Shown in pieces: positions 1 to 12,777 of a stretch of 61,452 nucleotides of DNA. The stretch is from NCBI GenBank assembly GCA_963697165.1, contig CAVOMX010000019.1, positions 1-61,452 on the forward strand. The letters run 5' to 3'. The stretch is from Candidatus Bathyarchaeota archaeon. GTDB taxonomy: Archaea; Thermoproteota; Bathyarchaeia; Bathyarchaeales; Bathyarchaeaceae. Each line of letters starts with the position of its first letter. Within the stretch, counting starts at the first letter, position 1. The notes under the pieces are model-generated. The model was not told the origin of the DNA, made no database searches, and saw nothing but the letters and a program-made list of their open reading frames with translations. A program made the position numbers and the translations under genes.

Positions 1-1
1 A

Positions 2-583
2 CATGAAAATCCATCCATCAACCTTCACAAGGAAACCATTCGACCTGACAATATTGTCAGTTTATTTGAGAAGTATGGTGTACCGAAACAGCCAGACTAT
101 CTATCGGAGGATACAGACATGTCGGACTATTGGGTTTGGAGGGCAATTTTGGAGGGTGGGTATCGACCTCGTCTTCTCGTCAGTGAAAAGAATGCCCACT
201 TTTACAACAATGAGAGCGCCACTGTCCATCCTCCTCTCCCTGGTCAAGTGCGATTCTGGAAGGATGGAAATACATATTATGGCGTCAGCGCTTTAGCATT
301 GAAGCGCATTTGGAACAAGCATGGCTATACAATGGTGTATTGCGAAGTAAAGGAGGTCAACTGCTTCGCCGTACGCACAGACTTGCTGAATCTCAAGGAC
401 CCAGAGGCAGTGCAAGAGTGTCTATGGAATAAGCCTATTGCCAAGTATCGCTACACGCACAGAGTCGATACGTCCAATGAAGCTTATCTATGGGTGGACG
501 AAAACGGGGATGTTACCGACCGCGAGTATGTTCGGAATTCCTTCACGTTTTGCAATCCAACCTCGATTGAAGAAGCGCGGTGA
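2..583 (+). CDS. Eukaryotic FkbM/Methyltransf_21-like protein, 5'-truncated by the window edge
   Basis: Frame is open from position 2 (HENPSINLHKETIRPDNIVSLFEKYGVPKQPDYLSEDTD-MSDYWVWRAIL...YRPRLLVSE...YYGVSALAL...GYTMVYCE). The D-x-D-x-x-D-Y-W-V-W, RPR and G-x-S-x-x-A-L motifs are typical of this family. Confidence 0.6.
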   Translation, partial: HENPSINLHKETIRPDNIVSLFEKYGVPKQPDYLSEDTDMSDYWVWRAILEGGYRPRLLVSEKNAHFYNNESATVHPPLPGQVRFWKDGNTYYGVSALALKRIWNKHGYTMVYCEVKEVNCFAVRTDLLNLKDPEAVQECLWNKPIAKYRYTHRVDTSNEAYLWVDENGDVTDREYVRNSFTFCNPTSIEEAR

Positions 584-658
584 ATGCTTTGCTTGGCAGG
601 GTGTGGTAAAAGTGCAAATCTGAATTTCTTAGCTACTATTTGATAGTATATGTCTTTC

Positions 659-2620
659 CTACTGGTTTGACTCGGCAAGATCATCAGATAGTTGTCGAAT
701 ATCACGCGCATACAAAACCAGCGTATCTTCGTACTTTCCACCCGACTCTACTCGATCGAGGACTGCTCTCGCTCTTTCGCCACATATCACAGTAGCTACT
801 GCAGCCACATGCTTGCCTACGACCAAGGTTGATTCACGAATGGCCTTGTCTTCTTTTGAATCGGTGCCGTCTTGTAGACAACGACTGGTGTGGCCGAGAC
901 ATGCCAGCAACTCGCACATGATTTTTCCTCCATGATGCGGCATGATCGGGTACGCCCCAAAGAAAAGGTATCGGAGTGCGGTTAAACAAGCAATCTGAAT
1001 ACGTGGCACTCCATCCCATCTCAACAATGGCAAAAGTGCGTCCAAGCCCCCTCTCCCTAGTTCTAGCCCATCGGCATTTGGCTCGTTCGCATGCTGTATT
1101 AGCAGGGGAATAACGCCACACAGCAGCAACCCAGTTATGGTGCCTTCTGGATCTCGTTCATCCATGAGTCTGCGACGAACATTCGTAAGAACCAGCAAGC
1201 TATTGGTGGCCTTGCGTCGCCATTCTTTTTGTTGAGAAGAGAACAGTTCCAACGCAAGACTCTGCGCCAAGGCGACAAAGATAACACCCCGCCCCTTTCG
1301 AACCATAATGTCCCCTAAAATCAGCACCAACGTTTCCTGTAGATTATCCCATTGTCGTATATCTTGTTGCATTGTCAGTAAATGAACGACTGCCGCAGCT
1401 CCGACTGCTTCATAAGAGGCTGTCTCCATCAATTCATAGCAAACAGGCAGCACTTCACTTAAAATCTCACGAGATGGCTTCTCCAACAACGACACAAACT
1501 GCAATACTGCATGAACCAGGGATGGCTTTTCCTTGTAGGCCTTGACGCGTTCCACGGGTCGGGGTGGAAGAGGGTACGTGATCGGTTGTCGTTTCGCAAC
1601 AGTCGTCTCGTTGGGAGAGCGACCAAAAAAGTCGGCTCGCAGCAGTTTGACCAGTTCCAGGGTCCCCAGAGCTTCAACCGCCTGCCGCTTCTGTGGTTGG
1701 ATTGTAATTCTTGTTGTTTCAATGACATCTCCATTATCCACATCTATCCCAAGACACTCCAACAATGCCTCCCAGCATTTCTGTGCGGCTCTTGTAGCAA
1801 CCTCCGTGACTGGATCATCCCATGCCGTGCCGTCGAGTGCCACTTTCGTCCAGTCGAACCATGTTGATGTTTCGCCGAGATGAATCTTGTGACAACGGGA
1901 GTTATCATTAGAACTGTCGCCAACACTGAGTGGACATACGAGCTCCTGCAGTGTCTCCTCAACTGCAACAGAGACATGTCGAGGGTCGAGACGAGGTGCG
2001 CCAAAGGCCAACAACGTAACGGCGCATTTTCGAAGTGCCTGCTCAGCATTGTACGAATTTTTGTACAGTGTCAGTGCATGAAACAGAATCCTCAGTAATA
2101 ACGGAAGCAGCTGGTTGCTGACAAGCCTCTTGGTGGTTTCTGACTTTTCATCGTCCTCTCGTCGAGGCGTGGTCCAGAGCGAAATATCGTGTGCCAAGAG
2201 CTGAATGGTGTCTGACAGTGAAGTTTGCGGTTCTTTGTCAACTAAAACAATCACCCATTCTGTTTGATTCAGCTTCTCCTGACAGAGTCTCGCCAGGATT
2301 AACTCAAAGTGCTCCAAAACGGTAGTCGCATTCGAAACGTCGTTCCAAGCAGGGCGCTCGCCATCTCGCAAGAGCGGTCGAATGTGGTCTCCATATCCAC
2401 ATACCCATGCTATTCTGACACTCTGCGAGTCAATGTGAACTAGTCTGTCATAGAATTGCTGTAAAACGGGCGAAAATGGCTCCATGGGACGCTCATCAAA
2501 GTAGAGCGCGCTTTCGCCGCGCGTATCGGCATGAATGGGCTGCGAAAAATGCTTCACCAATTCAATCAGGGTCTTTTCGACTGAATTTTCTGTACCATCA
2601 TCTATCAATGGATCACTCAT
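659..2620 (-). CDS. ARM/HEAT-repeat protein, Tti2 (TELO2-interacting protein 2)-like
   Basis: Uninterrupted 653-aa helical, Leu-rich ORF. The C-terminal segment CLTALRYLFFGAYPIMPHHGGKIMCELLACL resembles the conserved Tti2 C-terminal region. Confidence 0.5.
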   Translation of the reverse strand: MSDPLIDDGTENSVEKTLIELVKHFSQPIHADTRGESALYFDERPMEPFSPVLQQFYDRLVHIDSQSVRIAWVCGYGDHIRPLLRDGERPAWNDVSNATTVLEHFELILARLCQEKLNQTEWVIVLVDKEPQTSLSDTIQLLAHDISLWTTPRREDDEKSETTKRLVSNQLLPLLLRILFHALTLYKNSYNAEQALRKCAVTLLAFGAPRLDPRHVSVAVEETLQELVCPLSVGDSSNDNSRCHKIHLGETSTWFDWTKVALDGTAWDDPVTEVATRAAQKCWEALLECLGIDVDNGDVIETTRITIQPQKRQAVEALGTLELVKLLRADFFGRSPNETTVAKRQPITYPLPPRPVERVKAYKEKPSLVHAVLQFVSLLEKPSREILSEVLPVCYELMETASYEAVGAAAVVHLLTMQQDIRQWDNLQETLVLILGDIMVRKGRGVIFVALAQSLALELFSSQQKEWRRKATNSLLVLTNVRRRLMDERDPEGTITGLLLCGVIPLLIQHANEPNADGLELGRGGLDALLPLLRWDGVPRIQIACLTALRYLFFGAYPIMPHHGGKIMCELLACLGHTSRCLQDGTDSKEDKAIRESTLVVGKHVAAVATVICGERARAVLDRVESGGKYEDTLVLYARDIRQLSDDLAESNQ

Positions 2621-2810
2621 GGTGGAGATGCAAGAAGAAAAGCACCGAGAAAGAACACAACATAAGGAGCAAGAGGGGCCCGCTTGCTTCTGAAAAGGCC
2701 GCAGACGAGAAGAAGTTCGCGCTCCCGGAGCTCGTAAAGGAGCGCACGCCGACCAGCGCTTTGTGACGTTGGGCTCCTCTTCATCGAAACTCGAAGTTTG
2801 TACAGTATTT

Positions 2811-2864
2811 CACTTTCTTTCTAAGTATGATCCATGACCCACTTTCTTTCTATGATCCATGACC
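2811..2864. repeat. Short imperfect tandem duplication
   Basis: CACTTTCTTTCTAAGTATGATCCATGACC is followed by CACTTTCTTTC-TATGATCCATGACC. Confidence 0.7.
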
Positions 2865-3004
2865 AAGACCAATTCAAACAGATGATGGAGTCTACGTACG
2901 GGCAGGATTTTCAGTGGAACAGGCGCCAACGGAATCTGGCTGCAAAATTTACACGCAAAACTCTTTCCCTATCGTTCACTCAGTAGCCCTAGCTAACCAA
3001 CCTG

Positions 3005-5799
3005 TCAGCTTCGCTTCTTCTCCTTGGCAAGCTTGGCACATTCCTTCTTGTGACGCTTCCAATCTTCAACTTGGCAATCACGGCCACAGTAGACAACAAC
3101 GTGGCACTTTGAACAAGCACGTAGCTGTCCCTTCTTGCCCTCCATCTTCCCACACTTTTCACATGTACGCAATTTCCCAGTCGGTTTAGCACACCCTTCG
3201 TGGATTCCCCGCTGTTCTAGCGTTCCCATAGCACGAGGAGCAGGCTGAGGTTTACCTGCAACCTCCCTCGTCATGAAGCGTGGCAATATCTGTTCAATGA
3301 AAAACTTGGCCTCGTCATCTCGTTTTGCAAGATTGTCAAACACAGGTGCCCAGTCCGACTCCCGACGAAGAAACGTCAAAAGCTGAGCAATGATCGCGGC
3401 TTGCTGATTCCCTAGCTGTTGATCAGCGTATTGATTCATTCGTGAAATCAGAGAATGCAACACATGGTCTGGATCTGGAAACAACAAGGTAGAAAGAGTG
3501 GCGAAGACGCTAAAATTGCGTAAGAACGTGGCTGCGCCCGAATGTGTATCCTCAATGGGAATGTCCAGACAAGCAGCCGCCAGGGCAACAGAGTTGACAG
3601 ACATCAGACGCGCTGGAGCATCCTTGTTGTGCAGCATAGTGTTGAGGAGCATTATGCTTCGAGAAATGGCTGAGTTCGCCGGATTGCCTCGGGCTTTCTC
3701 AGTTTCTAGCTCGAACCACTTGACCTCATTTTCCAATGCAGCCTTGACTTCGTTCATCTCAAGCTCCAGCCTTTCCTTTTCCAGAGAGCCATCCGGAAGG
3801 CTGTACCTTTTCATGAACTTTATGTCGTTCTCCTTGCTCTTTCTATCAGATTCTTCGCGGATCCTGACAGCTTCCGCTCGAAGCAGTTTCATGCCGTACC
3901 CAGCCCACTTGACAGCGATCGTTTCAATCCTTGGCTGGATTGACAAAAGTGGCTCACGCCATTCCTCGTCCCACAGCAAGTGGACTGCTAAAAGCATGGC
4001 ATTCGAAACTTTTTCGCCATTGCTCGAGGCCAGCATGTCCTGGACGAGCTGGACTCCGCCAGGCTCCTGAAAAAGAATCTGGCGACAATCCTTCACGCGA
4101 GAGATCTGGCCAAGGCCGGTGATAGCTTCTGTGCCCACGCGATCGATGGGCGACCGGGACAAGGACATTAGGATAGGGACGATTCCTCTTTGGATCATCT
4201 TGCGAGCCAGATGACCTGGGACTACCGGCGTTTTGGCTCCAGGAGATTTGTCGAGCGTCATTCCACGACCACAGAGCCCAGTCAAAAGACGGGTGGCTTC
4301 TCTCGCAGCACGCGGTGCGAAGCAATCTTCTCGCATCTGAGCATATGGCGACCCTTCCGTGACACATGGTGGTAAGCTGCAGGCAGCCTCGAGTACTTTC
4401 CATTTCGCCTTGTCTCGAACTAGACTGATCGAGCGGTCTCGAGGAACACCACAGGCCGCTCGACAGAGGGCCTTTAGCGAAGGCCCACGCTCTGCCGCCA
4501 AAGGAGATGCCGCTGATTCCAGAAGAGCAGGTGCCACCGTACTTTCAAAAAACTCACCAGCAAGCAGGTCGTCGGGGGTATTGCTGTCTTCAAAGTGATT
4601 TTCATCCCAGAGACTTGTTAGAGTGCCGATGATATCACCAGCTAGCTCGGTCAGAATCCCAAACACCTTCCACCAGCTATCAGCAGCGTAGGAAGAGCGA
4701 GACGGGTCTGCATCTGCAGATTTTGCAAACTCTAAACTGCGCTCCCGCAGGCGAAGAATGAATTTCCCGTCACTTTCTCGTGCAAAGGCTCGAGCGACGT
4801 CGGGATCAGCACTCACAGCCGCCAACCACAAGTCGAACGAATTCATAAAGGAAATGTGCAGACGGAATGGTTGGCGTTGTGAAATGCTTTTCAAGAGCTA
4901 AGCAGAGATCGTGAAGGTGACCTGTGATGGTTTCCGCATGAAGATCTTTCTTGTTCTTCTTGCGGCTCTTCTTCTTGTTGGCGGACGACGAGCGTGGCTC
5001 ATCTGGCATGGCTCCAGGCAAGGGTCGTCCTTGACTCATATAGCGATCGTAAAGCTCTCGGCATTGGTCAATGATGACCCCTCCATCGATTTCAAATTTC
5101 TGATATCTCGTGCTGCCGGTACCCTGTAAAGACCCAGTAATTCCTTCGGCTAGTCCTGCTTTGATTTTGTCAAAGTTGCAGTAAGAGTAATATCCGTTCG
5201 TGAAGCTCATGATGAGAGCTTCCAACTGGTCGCGTCGTCAGATCGTCGTCAGCGATGCCGCTCGTGTCCTTGCGATAATCCTCGTTGTCGTCATTTACCC
5301 GCAAAGCGTAATAGCTTTCTTCAACGTAATCATTTTCAAACTTGCAGTGCTCGTCCAACACGAGCCCCTTGGCTTCCTGTTGCTCGAGAAACTCTCCATA
5401 TCGAATCAGGCGCACTTCTGCTTCATGCTTTTCCGTCTGGGCCCGCCAAAATTCTGCTGAGTCCTCTCCCGTCGGACCCAGATAAAAGATATTGTACCTG
5501 CTATCCTTGACGAGAGGATCAGTAGAAGATAGCTTGGCTCCGAGTTTCTCCATCAACGAGATGTAGCTGCCATGAAAGTAGGGTTTACCGCCTCCGTATT
5601 CAAAATGATGCCGAAGGGCCTTCACGGCCACGGGATTCACAGGAATGCTAATATCCTCCCCTTCCTTCAGCAATTGCTTGCGACGAGCGATTTCCGTCTT
5701 TACGACTGGAGGCAGTTCCACAAAGCCATGATCGTCTTCGTAATCCTCGTCGTCGTCGCTGTAGCTCTCCTCGTCGTCGTCGGTTTCGTGTGCTTGCAT
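3005..5799 (-). CDS. ARM-repeat protein with C-terminal MYND zinc finger (one gene split by two apparent 1-nt insertions near 5235 and 4848)
   Basis: C-terminus CEKCGK...LRACSKCHVVVYCGRDCQVEDWKRHKKEC is a canonical MYND finger. ORFs 5170-5799, 4806-5225 and 3005-4894 join if one base is removed at each break (DDDLT-RDQLEAL; AHFL-MNSFDLW). Confidence 0.75.
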
Positions 5800-6272
5800 T
5801 ACTTATCGCGTTTTCTGATGAATCCGCAGAGACTTTTCGATCAAAAATAAACTCCCCTCTTATCAAGGATGACACAGAGAGCTAATTGTATGGTAGGTGA
5901 AAGGACAAGAAACAAGAAAAGCACTCCAAACAAGACAACACAAGTTGTGGCATGTACCGTATGTTGTGTGGCTGTCGGCAGTCGAAGCGAGGCATGCGCT
6001 TGAAGTGCGCGCATTGGCCACTCTTCGCGAGTGGATGATGGATCAAAGCGGGCTCTCTACTCTAGCTACTAGCTCTACTTAGCTCTAGCTCTCTCTTCTA
6101 TCTTTGCGACATAGACTGCTTGTGTTGCGATGGAGGACCTCCCATTGAAGCACAGTGCGTGGTTGCTTGCCTGTCCCTTTGCAGCAGCGGCCGTTACAGG
6201 CCGTCCTTATTCTGATCGATTGGTCTCAAGGTACATCCACCCATGGACTAGGATATTCATAGAATCTCGTAC

Positions 6273-6821
6273 TTAGCGACGAGGAAGTCTTCCATTGTAA
6301 ACTCCAACACGAGCCGTAACGGCCTGAATCCAAGCATCAAGCTGATCTTCCGTCGTCGGTTCTTCAGGATGAGGACGTCGCCAGCACCCCCACGCTTCGA
6401 CAGCTTCTCCCTGCATCATGGGGACCATGACGACAACACCATACTGGGCGTTTTGGGGAATCAAAAAGTTTCGCTTCAAGGATCTCTTCTTGAGGCGCCC
6501 TCTGGTGAAGACACGAGCCGCAAAGCGGAATTCGGGATCGTCATCCGAACGGCTTCTCCGCTAGAATCTCCAGGTTGGGCGGAACGTAACCCGACTCTTC
6601 GTAGTTGGAAACGATCGCGCTGCAGTATACCATAAGAAGCTGTTCGGCAGGGGTATCTAGAAAGAGAAACTCGGGACGACCTGGGCGGTTTGGTCCGTTG
6701 AAAAGACAAATCCGCGGTGAGTACTGGGATCTACGACGAGTTCACGCGGTCCAGACGCATGAATTCCAGCGCATCCTGGAATTCCACAGGAGGGGCAGGA
6801 GTTGGTGTTGGGAGCAACCAT
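6273..6821 (-). CDS. Small hypothetical protein, frameshifted
   Basis: ATG at 6821 (MVAPNTNSCPSCGIPGC...), then protein-like segments in shifted frames (PEFLFLDTPAEQLLMVYC...; DDPEFRFAARV...GVVVMVPMMQGEAVEAWG). Confidence 0.35.
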
Positions 6822-7101
6822 GATAAAAAGAGATCAAACGTGAGCGGAAGGATTAGAGCAGGATATGTAGGAACGCAGCAGAGGTGCGACGATCGAGAAT
6901 GAATCGAATCTTGCGATCTGCGCGCGGTGCCGTCGAGAGGTGCGCGAGAGCGCGGTTCGACGTGAGAGCGCTTTGCTGCTCAACCCGCTATTCATTCCTC
7001 TTTCTGATGCTAGGGTGCCATCAAGATGACCAGAAGTTTGTTGATGATATCTAAAGCGCTCTAAGTTTCCATCTACTAAGGCTCAATCGCTCTTCGTACC
7101 A

Positions 7102-9806
7102 CTACAAACAGCTTAGGCCAGCATGGTCACACCGGACCACCCAAAGAATTAGCTCGATAGGGATGGTGGATCTTCCGGAGTCAAATGTAATTTCAGCATC
7201 TTCGATCGGAGCGGGTCGTGAGACACAAGCTTCGTCCAGTCGACGATGAGCGCTAGCAATAGCATTCGAAAACGGTCCTCGTCCAGCCGGAGTTGGTGCT
7301 ATTGGCGTCGACTGAGCTGCCGTTGTCAATGCATCTCGATCCTCAAGGCGCTTCACAAGGCGGTCGAGCTCTGAGAAGGTTTCTTCATCAAAGTCTGATA
7401 GAAGGCCATCAGCGCTTCCATCAGTGATGAGACAGACCGATTGTGGGATCACTACTGCGTCCACTAGATCCCCAGCCAAACTTGGGGCCAAGGAATACGG
7501 GTCAATAAGATACCCTTCACTTGGTGTCAAGGAAGCCTCATTGATGCGCGTTAGCATTGCAACTCGCGCTTTTATGGCCGAATTTCGCATGTCCGTTACC
7601 TTCCTTTGTGCTACTTCGAATGCCATATAGCTTGCTTCATCTTCAAGGTCCTCCCTGAGACACCGACGACGAAGAGGACTCAGTTCTGTGACAGCCTCGG
7701 CATAGGACTTGACGCTTTTGGCCATGACAGCCAGCGTGTTGGCCACATTGTCTTTTGCTTTCGAGGGACAAGTGTACATCATGGCAATTACAAGGGCACC
7801 GGAAGCTAGCGTCCAGCAGCATCTATAAAGTGTAGTCAATCCTAATGGGGCGCCCGTTCCAACGGTGGTCTGTGGTCAAAGGAAGTAGTTTGCATGGTGA
7901 GACACCCAAAAAAGCAGGGAGAGCATGCTCATCAACAGCTCTCTCTCTCTTTCTGGAAGAGCGCTGGATTCTGCTTAGACTTACGACAAAAACCCATCCT
8001 GTAATGAAAAATGTGCCTAATGTATAATTTGCAGCAACAAAAAGGATAATGGCGAAGGTGTTAAGACCCAACAAGAGAATGAGGGCCGGCTGAAAATTGT
8101 AAAGAGGCGTCATAGCAGCGCCAAGCCCCACACCAAAAAATGTGCCCACGAGGCGATGGGCGACTTTCTCGTAAGTCGAAGCGCTACTAGGACCCATCAG
8201 TAAGGCAACCGTCATTGGGAACCAATTGGAATTCGCCCTCCCTTTCATGACGACCACCGGGATTGTAGCCAGTGTGAAAGTGATAGCGAGCCGCAATGCA
8301 TAACTTGTTACCGCAAGCGAGAAAATGTCGTTGGGCCTTGGCCTTGTAGATGGAAATGCAGCGGCAATTCTTCGGTGCAGGTTCCTTATAGATGAGTATC
8401 GAGGCCACGAGCTGCCGTCCAACACAGGCTCTGAGACAGAGTGGATACTGGATCGGACGAGTTCCACAATTGATGGAAGCAAGCGTATGAAGCCATCCCC
8501 AATTTCTCCTTCTTGAGTGTAGTAAGCTGAATCATAAGAGATGGCCGTCTCGTCAACTGCTTTGATGGCCCGTCGTGCCCTTTTGTTGAGGAGGGGTACA
8601 TATCTGATCAGCCAAGGAAACTGCAGCGCCAATGCTATGTGGGAACATGCCCGCCCTACCGAGACAAAGAAAGCATCAAAATCTTCGTCCCTTTTGTCTG
8701 ATTCTGTCTTGTGACAAGAATCATTTCTCAGAATCTTGTAGACGTTAGACAAACACAGCGAGCCGACACGAATGGAATCAGCATTGTCCATGACACTCAG
8801 AAGCCACTTTTTCGCCTTCGATGCATCTGTTCCGTCACCTGCAAACATGGATTTCATAGCTTCGATAGACAATGTCACTGTTGGCACTGGCTTTACCTTC
8901 AAATGAGTTTCGGTCCCCCAGTTCTTGCCCCAGCGACGCAGATCCATTCCAAAGCCGTGCCAGACATTGAACAGGCTACATCTGATCGCATCGTGGTTGC
9001 CAATGATTTCGGGCAGTAGTGAAACAGCAAGCGATATACCACCTCCGACAAAAGTCCAAAACACGGAATAACCCAATCCTCCATAGCCATTGGTCGTCCG
9101 GTTTACGCCCCCGTTAATCGCGAATAACGCCATTCCAAGCTTCATTGCCTGATACAAAGCGGGACTCTCAAAGGAAAGAGACAATCCGGTTGCTAAAGCA
9201 ACAAAAAATGTAACAACCAGAGTCGCCGCAGAGGAACTCCACGTTAATCCTGGCAACAACGCTCCAAACACAACGACAGTCACTAGCGTCAAACCCATAA
9301 ACCGCAGTCTCAGGCTTAGCGAGCCATTGGGCTCCGTGAGACCGACGTAGAGAGCTCCCAGTCGAAAGGCGGTCGACAAATTACTGTTCACTCCAACAAT
9401 ACACATTTCGACTAGCATAATCAGAGCCGTCCGTATTGCAGGAACGATATTGATCTTGGTGTGATCAATAGAAAGGACTGATCTCAGGTAGGCCTTTAGA
9501 ACAGGCACACGCTGCTTCTTCTTTGTTGTTCTTGTCGTCCTCGGTGACGAAACATTACTACGATCGCAGTCCTTCGCTGTTTGACCAGAATCTGTTCTAG
9601 TAGATTCACAGGCTCCGTCTTGAGGCTCTGATTCACATTGATTCGTCTCGTCAATGTGCATCATTTTCCGTCGCAGCAGCATCGGCTGTTATTTCTTCAT
9701 TGTCCCGCGTCGTCGTCGTCGGCGCCACGTCGTTGTTTGCTGGGAGGGCTCCGCCATCTTGCCTCGCTTCTTCTTTGTCGGTTATTGAGCTTTCTGTTGT
9801 GCTCAT
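7102..9806 (-). CDS. FUSC/aromatic-acid-exporter family membrane protein, two exons (intron 7870-7984)
   Basis: Two TM clusters with FUSC-like motifs (YALRLAI...WFPMTVALLMGP...EKVAHRLVGTFFGVGLG). Splicing GTAAGT...CACAG joins GWVFV to TTVGTGAPLGLTTLYRC in frame with ORF 7102-7839. The N-terminus probably starts at ATG 9806, with one indel near 9655. Confidence 0.75.
7870..7984 (-). other. Spliceosomal intron (115 nt, phase 0)
   Basis: The minus strand reads GTAAGT at the donor and ...CTTCCTTTGACCACAG at the acceptor. Removing it restores the reading frame. Confidence 0.8.
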
Positions 9807-10414
9807 TCTTATCGAGCCACTTTTCTGTGAGACAGCCAAAGATAAGCAGCTCTGGCATTGCATTTGTTACCGGGATAAGGGTCTCAATAATACAAAAGCA
9901 ACACTGTACCAGTTTAGGGCGTAATTTCAGCGCTACGTGGATTTCTACGTGAGTTGTACCACAAAATTTTTTTGTCAAAATCGCGCGCGACTTTTAAATC
10001 CAGCGCGCGACCGTACCTCGACCGTCACTCGAGCACTTTTGGCGATGAAGATGACTTTTCACTTCGGAACCCCTCTTTCACCTGTATTTGATCAGCCCAT
10101 GGCGAAAGTTAGGCTGAAATCGACAGATTTGAAGTGTAAGGATCGATAAGGCTTGAAATTTTCAACTGACCCACCAACTGACCCACTTTGCTAATTTCAC
10201 TTGAGACGGTTGTTGGAGACGCCGAAACTGGTGTTGGATTTTCAGGTACTGGACCTACGTATCCCTACGCAAAACGTCATAACGTGCACCGGTACTGCCC
10301 CGATGCGTCCGGACGGGCACTTGCCCACGCCGACTTTTGGAGGGGTATTGGAGATATATATACACTGAAGATTGTATAGCCGACATGAGCAATACGTAAA
10401 CGCGTCAAGTGTAG

Positions 10415-11489
10415 ACGACATAGCAGATACCCCTTCGAGACTCTTCGTAAGCTTGCCAAACCATTAGCTGCAAAGAACGTGAAAGGATAAACAAGCATCA
10501 GCATCCATCTTGCCCACAAAAACAAAGCAGCAAAAGGCACAACCAAACAACCTAAACCGCCAACCAACAAAAGAAAAGTCCAAACACCAAACACTCTATC
10601 CTTAAAGTAGCCAACACCAATCAACGGCAACAACACAGCATACAAAAGAACAAAAAGAGAACCAACATCAAAAAACAACTCAAAATAGGAACCGTAAGAC
10701 TCAATCGGAGTACTAACACTAAGATAATCAGTCAAAAAGAACAAACCACCTGGATGAGCATAAACACTATCATCTAACCGAACCAAATTAGTGTTCATTG
10801 GAACCGCAAAAGGAGAAATCCAAAAGAAATTCCCCATAAACAATAAACACAGCAGGAAGAATCGCCACGAAGAGTCTATAGGGTATCTTCTCTTTTCTCA
10901 AAACACTCAGCACCAACATTCCAAAAACAATAAAGAATAATGAAGCCATAGCCAATTCGTGACCCCAAACAGTAAACAAACGCCAAAACAGACAAAGCAA
11001 CCATACCCTTCCAGCCAATATCATTTTTAATTAATGGAATAGCAAAAAGAAGAACCATAACACCAAACACGTTCCGATAAAACTGCCAACTAATAGCCAA
11101 AGCTGCCAACTGAAAAGCAAAGAACACAGAAACCAGTAGACTCTTCGTAACACTCCAATCTAGCTTCTTCCATGCAACAAAAAACATTCCAGCACAGCTT
11201 CCACCATAAAGAAGAGGCGCAAATATCTTCAAAATCATAAAAGGATCTAATCTAGTTACGTTACCTAAGAAAGATCAATATCCCATAAACTAACCAAGAA
11301 TTGACAAGATCACTTCCAACAGTAAAAACAGCACCCCATCCTGTATCCTAGAAGCATAATAGATTGTGTCCCATCCAATAGGATAAGGAAAACTCAGCAA
11401 CTCAGGAATTAAACGAACAACAAAACCAACAGCAAAAGCTAACAATATGCCCTGCTTATAGCTTAAGTTAGAAAGCCTTACTCAAACAT
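10415..11489 (-). CDS. Archaeal multi-pass membrane protein, GT-C-like, frameshifted and 3'-truncated at the junction
   Basis: Fragments VRLIPELLSFPYPIGWDTIYY..., MILKIFAPLLYG...ISWQFYRNVFG..., ...WARWMLMLVYPFTFFAANG lie across several frames. It sits directly downstream of a GT2 gene. Confidence 0.6.
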
Positions 11490-11490
11490 G

Positions 11491-12755
11491 CTATTTGTCT
11501 ATCTTTCCAGTTTTTTTGGTTTTATACCAGTTGCGAGGACGCCTAAACACCATCTGCAGCAAAGCATAGGCTGCAATAAAATTCTGAACAAACCAGTAAG
11601 AGTAAACAAAGGGCAACCACAAAACACTCCTCAAACGTCTAGGCTTACTCGCATAAATCATAACACCACCAGCTAAAGCCAACAAAACAAAAGTCAAAAC
11701 CGAAGTCAAATTCGCTAACAACAATGAACCAAAATCAACCTGATAAGGCCAAACCAAAGCCAACACAGGAATCAAATAACCCATAACAAAAGACAAGAAA
11801 ACAAAAGGCCCAGCCATGGTAACCTCAGCATCCAAACTCATAACATTCGGATGCCTCAACAACTTACCATACTTAAGACCAGCCTCCATGGTTCCACGGA
11901 ACCAACGTACCCTCTGCCTAAAGAACCCACCAACACTAGAGGGATACTCCTGCCAGACTCCTAACATCAGACGCATACCTGTATCTTATGACCCATCATG
12001 AACAAGACGAGCAGCCAACTCCATATCCTCAGACAAAGCATCAACATTCCAGCCCCCCACACTATCAAGAACATCCTTTCGGACAAAGTAGCAGCTGCCA
12101 TTTAGGGGCACAAACAACCCAAGCTCCTCTTTTCCCCTCATAAAACCATCATAACGAACAGCCTCTTCCTGAGCAACAAACCGGGTCAACATATTCTCTC
12201 CACGATTAATCGCACAGACCCTGCCCTGCAAAGCAGCTAATCTTCTCATCCCGGAAATACTCAGCAACACGCAACAAAACATCATGCTCAGGAACACTGT
12301 CTGCATCAAAAACCCCCACAATCTCTCCACGAACATGCGGCAAAGCCTCCATCAAAGCAGAAGGCTTACCAGCACTCCTGCTCACTACAAACCAACTCTA
12401 ACATCAGAATGTCTCCTCACTAAATCTTCTGACAAATCTCTCGAGAACAATCAACTGACCCATCCTCAACAACAATAAACTCTCTTCTATCCTTGGGATA
12501 ATCCAAATCCTCTAAAGCATTCAACAATCTGCCAACAACACGCGCCTCATTCTTCACAGGAACAATAACACTAACAAAAGGCAACTCACCATCTAGCACT
12601 GACCTGCCTCTTCTTATCTCTACGAAGACTTCTGAATACCCACCAACAATATTGGCAGATTATAGAATGTCCACAGATAAACCAACGAAATAACCATCAA
12701 CGCAGCAATATTCAGCAAAGCAAATCTACACTAAACTCTTCACGACTAATAGACC
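11491..12755 (-). CDS. Processive GT2 glycosyltransferase (cellulose synthase/PgaC-like), frameshifted
   Basis: Motifs VSVIVPVKNE, VEDGS, GKPSAL, FDADS, LSEDMEL and RQRVRW (the D,D,D,QxxRW signature), plus C-terminal TMs, reconstructed across frames. Confidence 0.85.
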
Positions 12756-12777
12756 AAACCGCAATACTACCAGTCAA

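Noticed and set aside
834..2098. Numerous short alternative-frame and antisense ORFs in the six-frame track
   Set aside because: They are shadows of longer genes and carry no recognisable motifs.
4806..5240. Introns as the explanation of the breaks in the MYND gene
   Set aside because: Removing a single base at each break restores a continuous protein-like frame, and no convincing donor/acceptor pairs are needed.
6054..6096. CTAGCT/CTCTA low-complexity run, and the 12-bp tandem CAACTGACCCAC at ~10163-10186
   Set aside because: Ordinary short eukaryotic intergenic repeats with no further structure.
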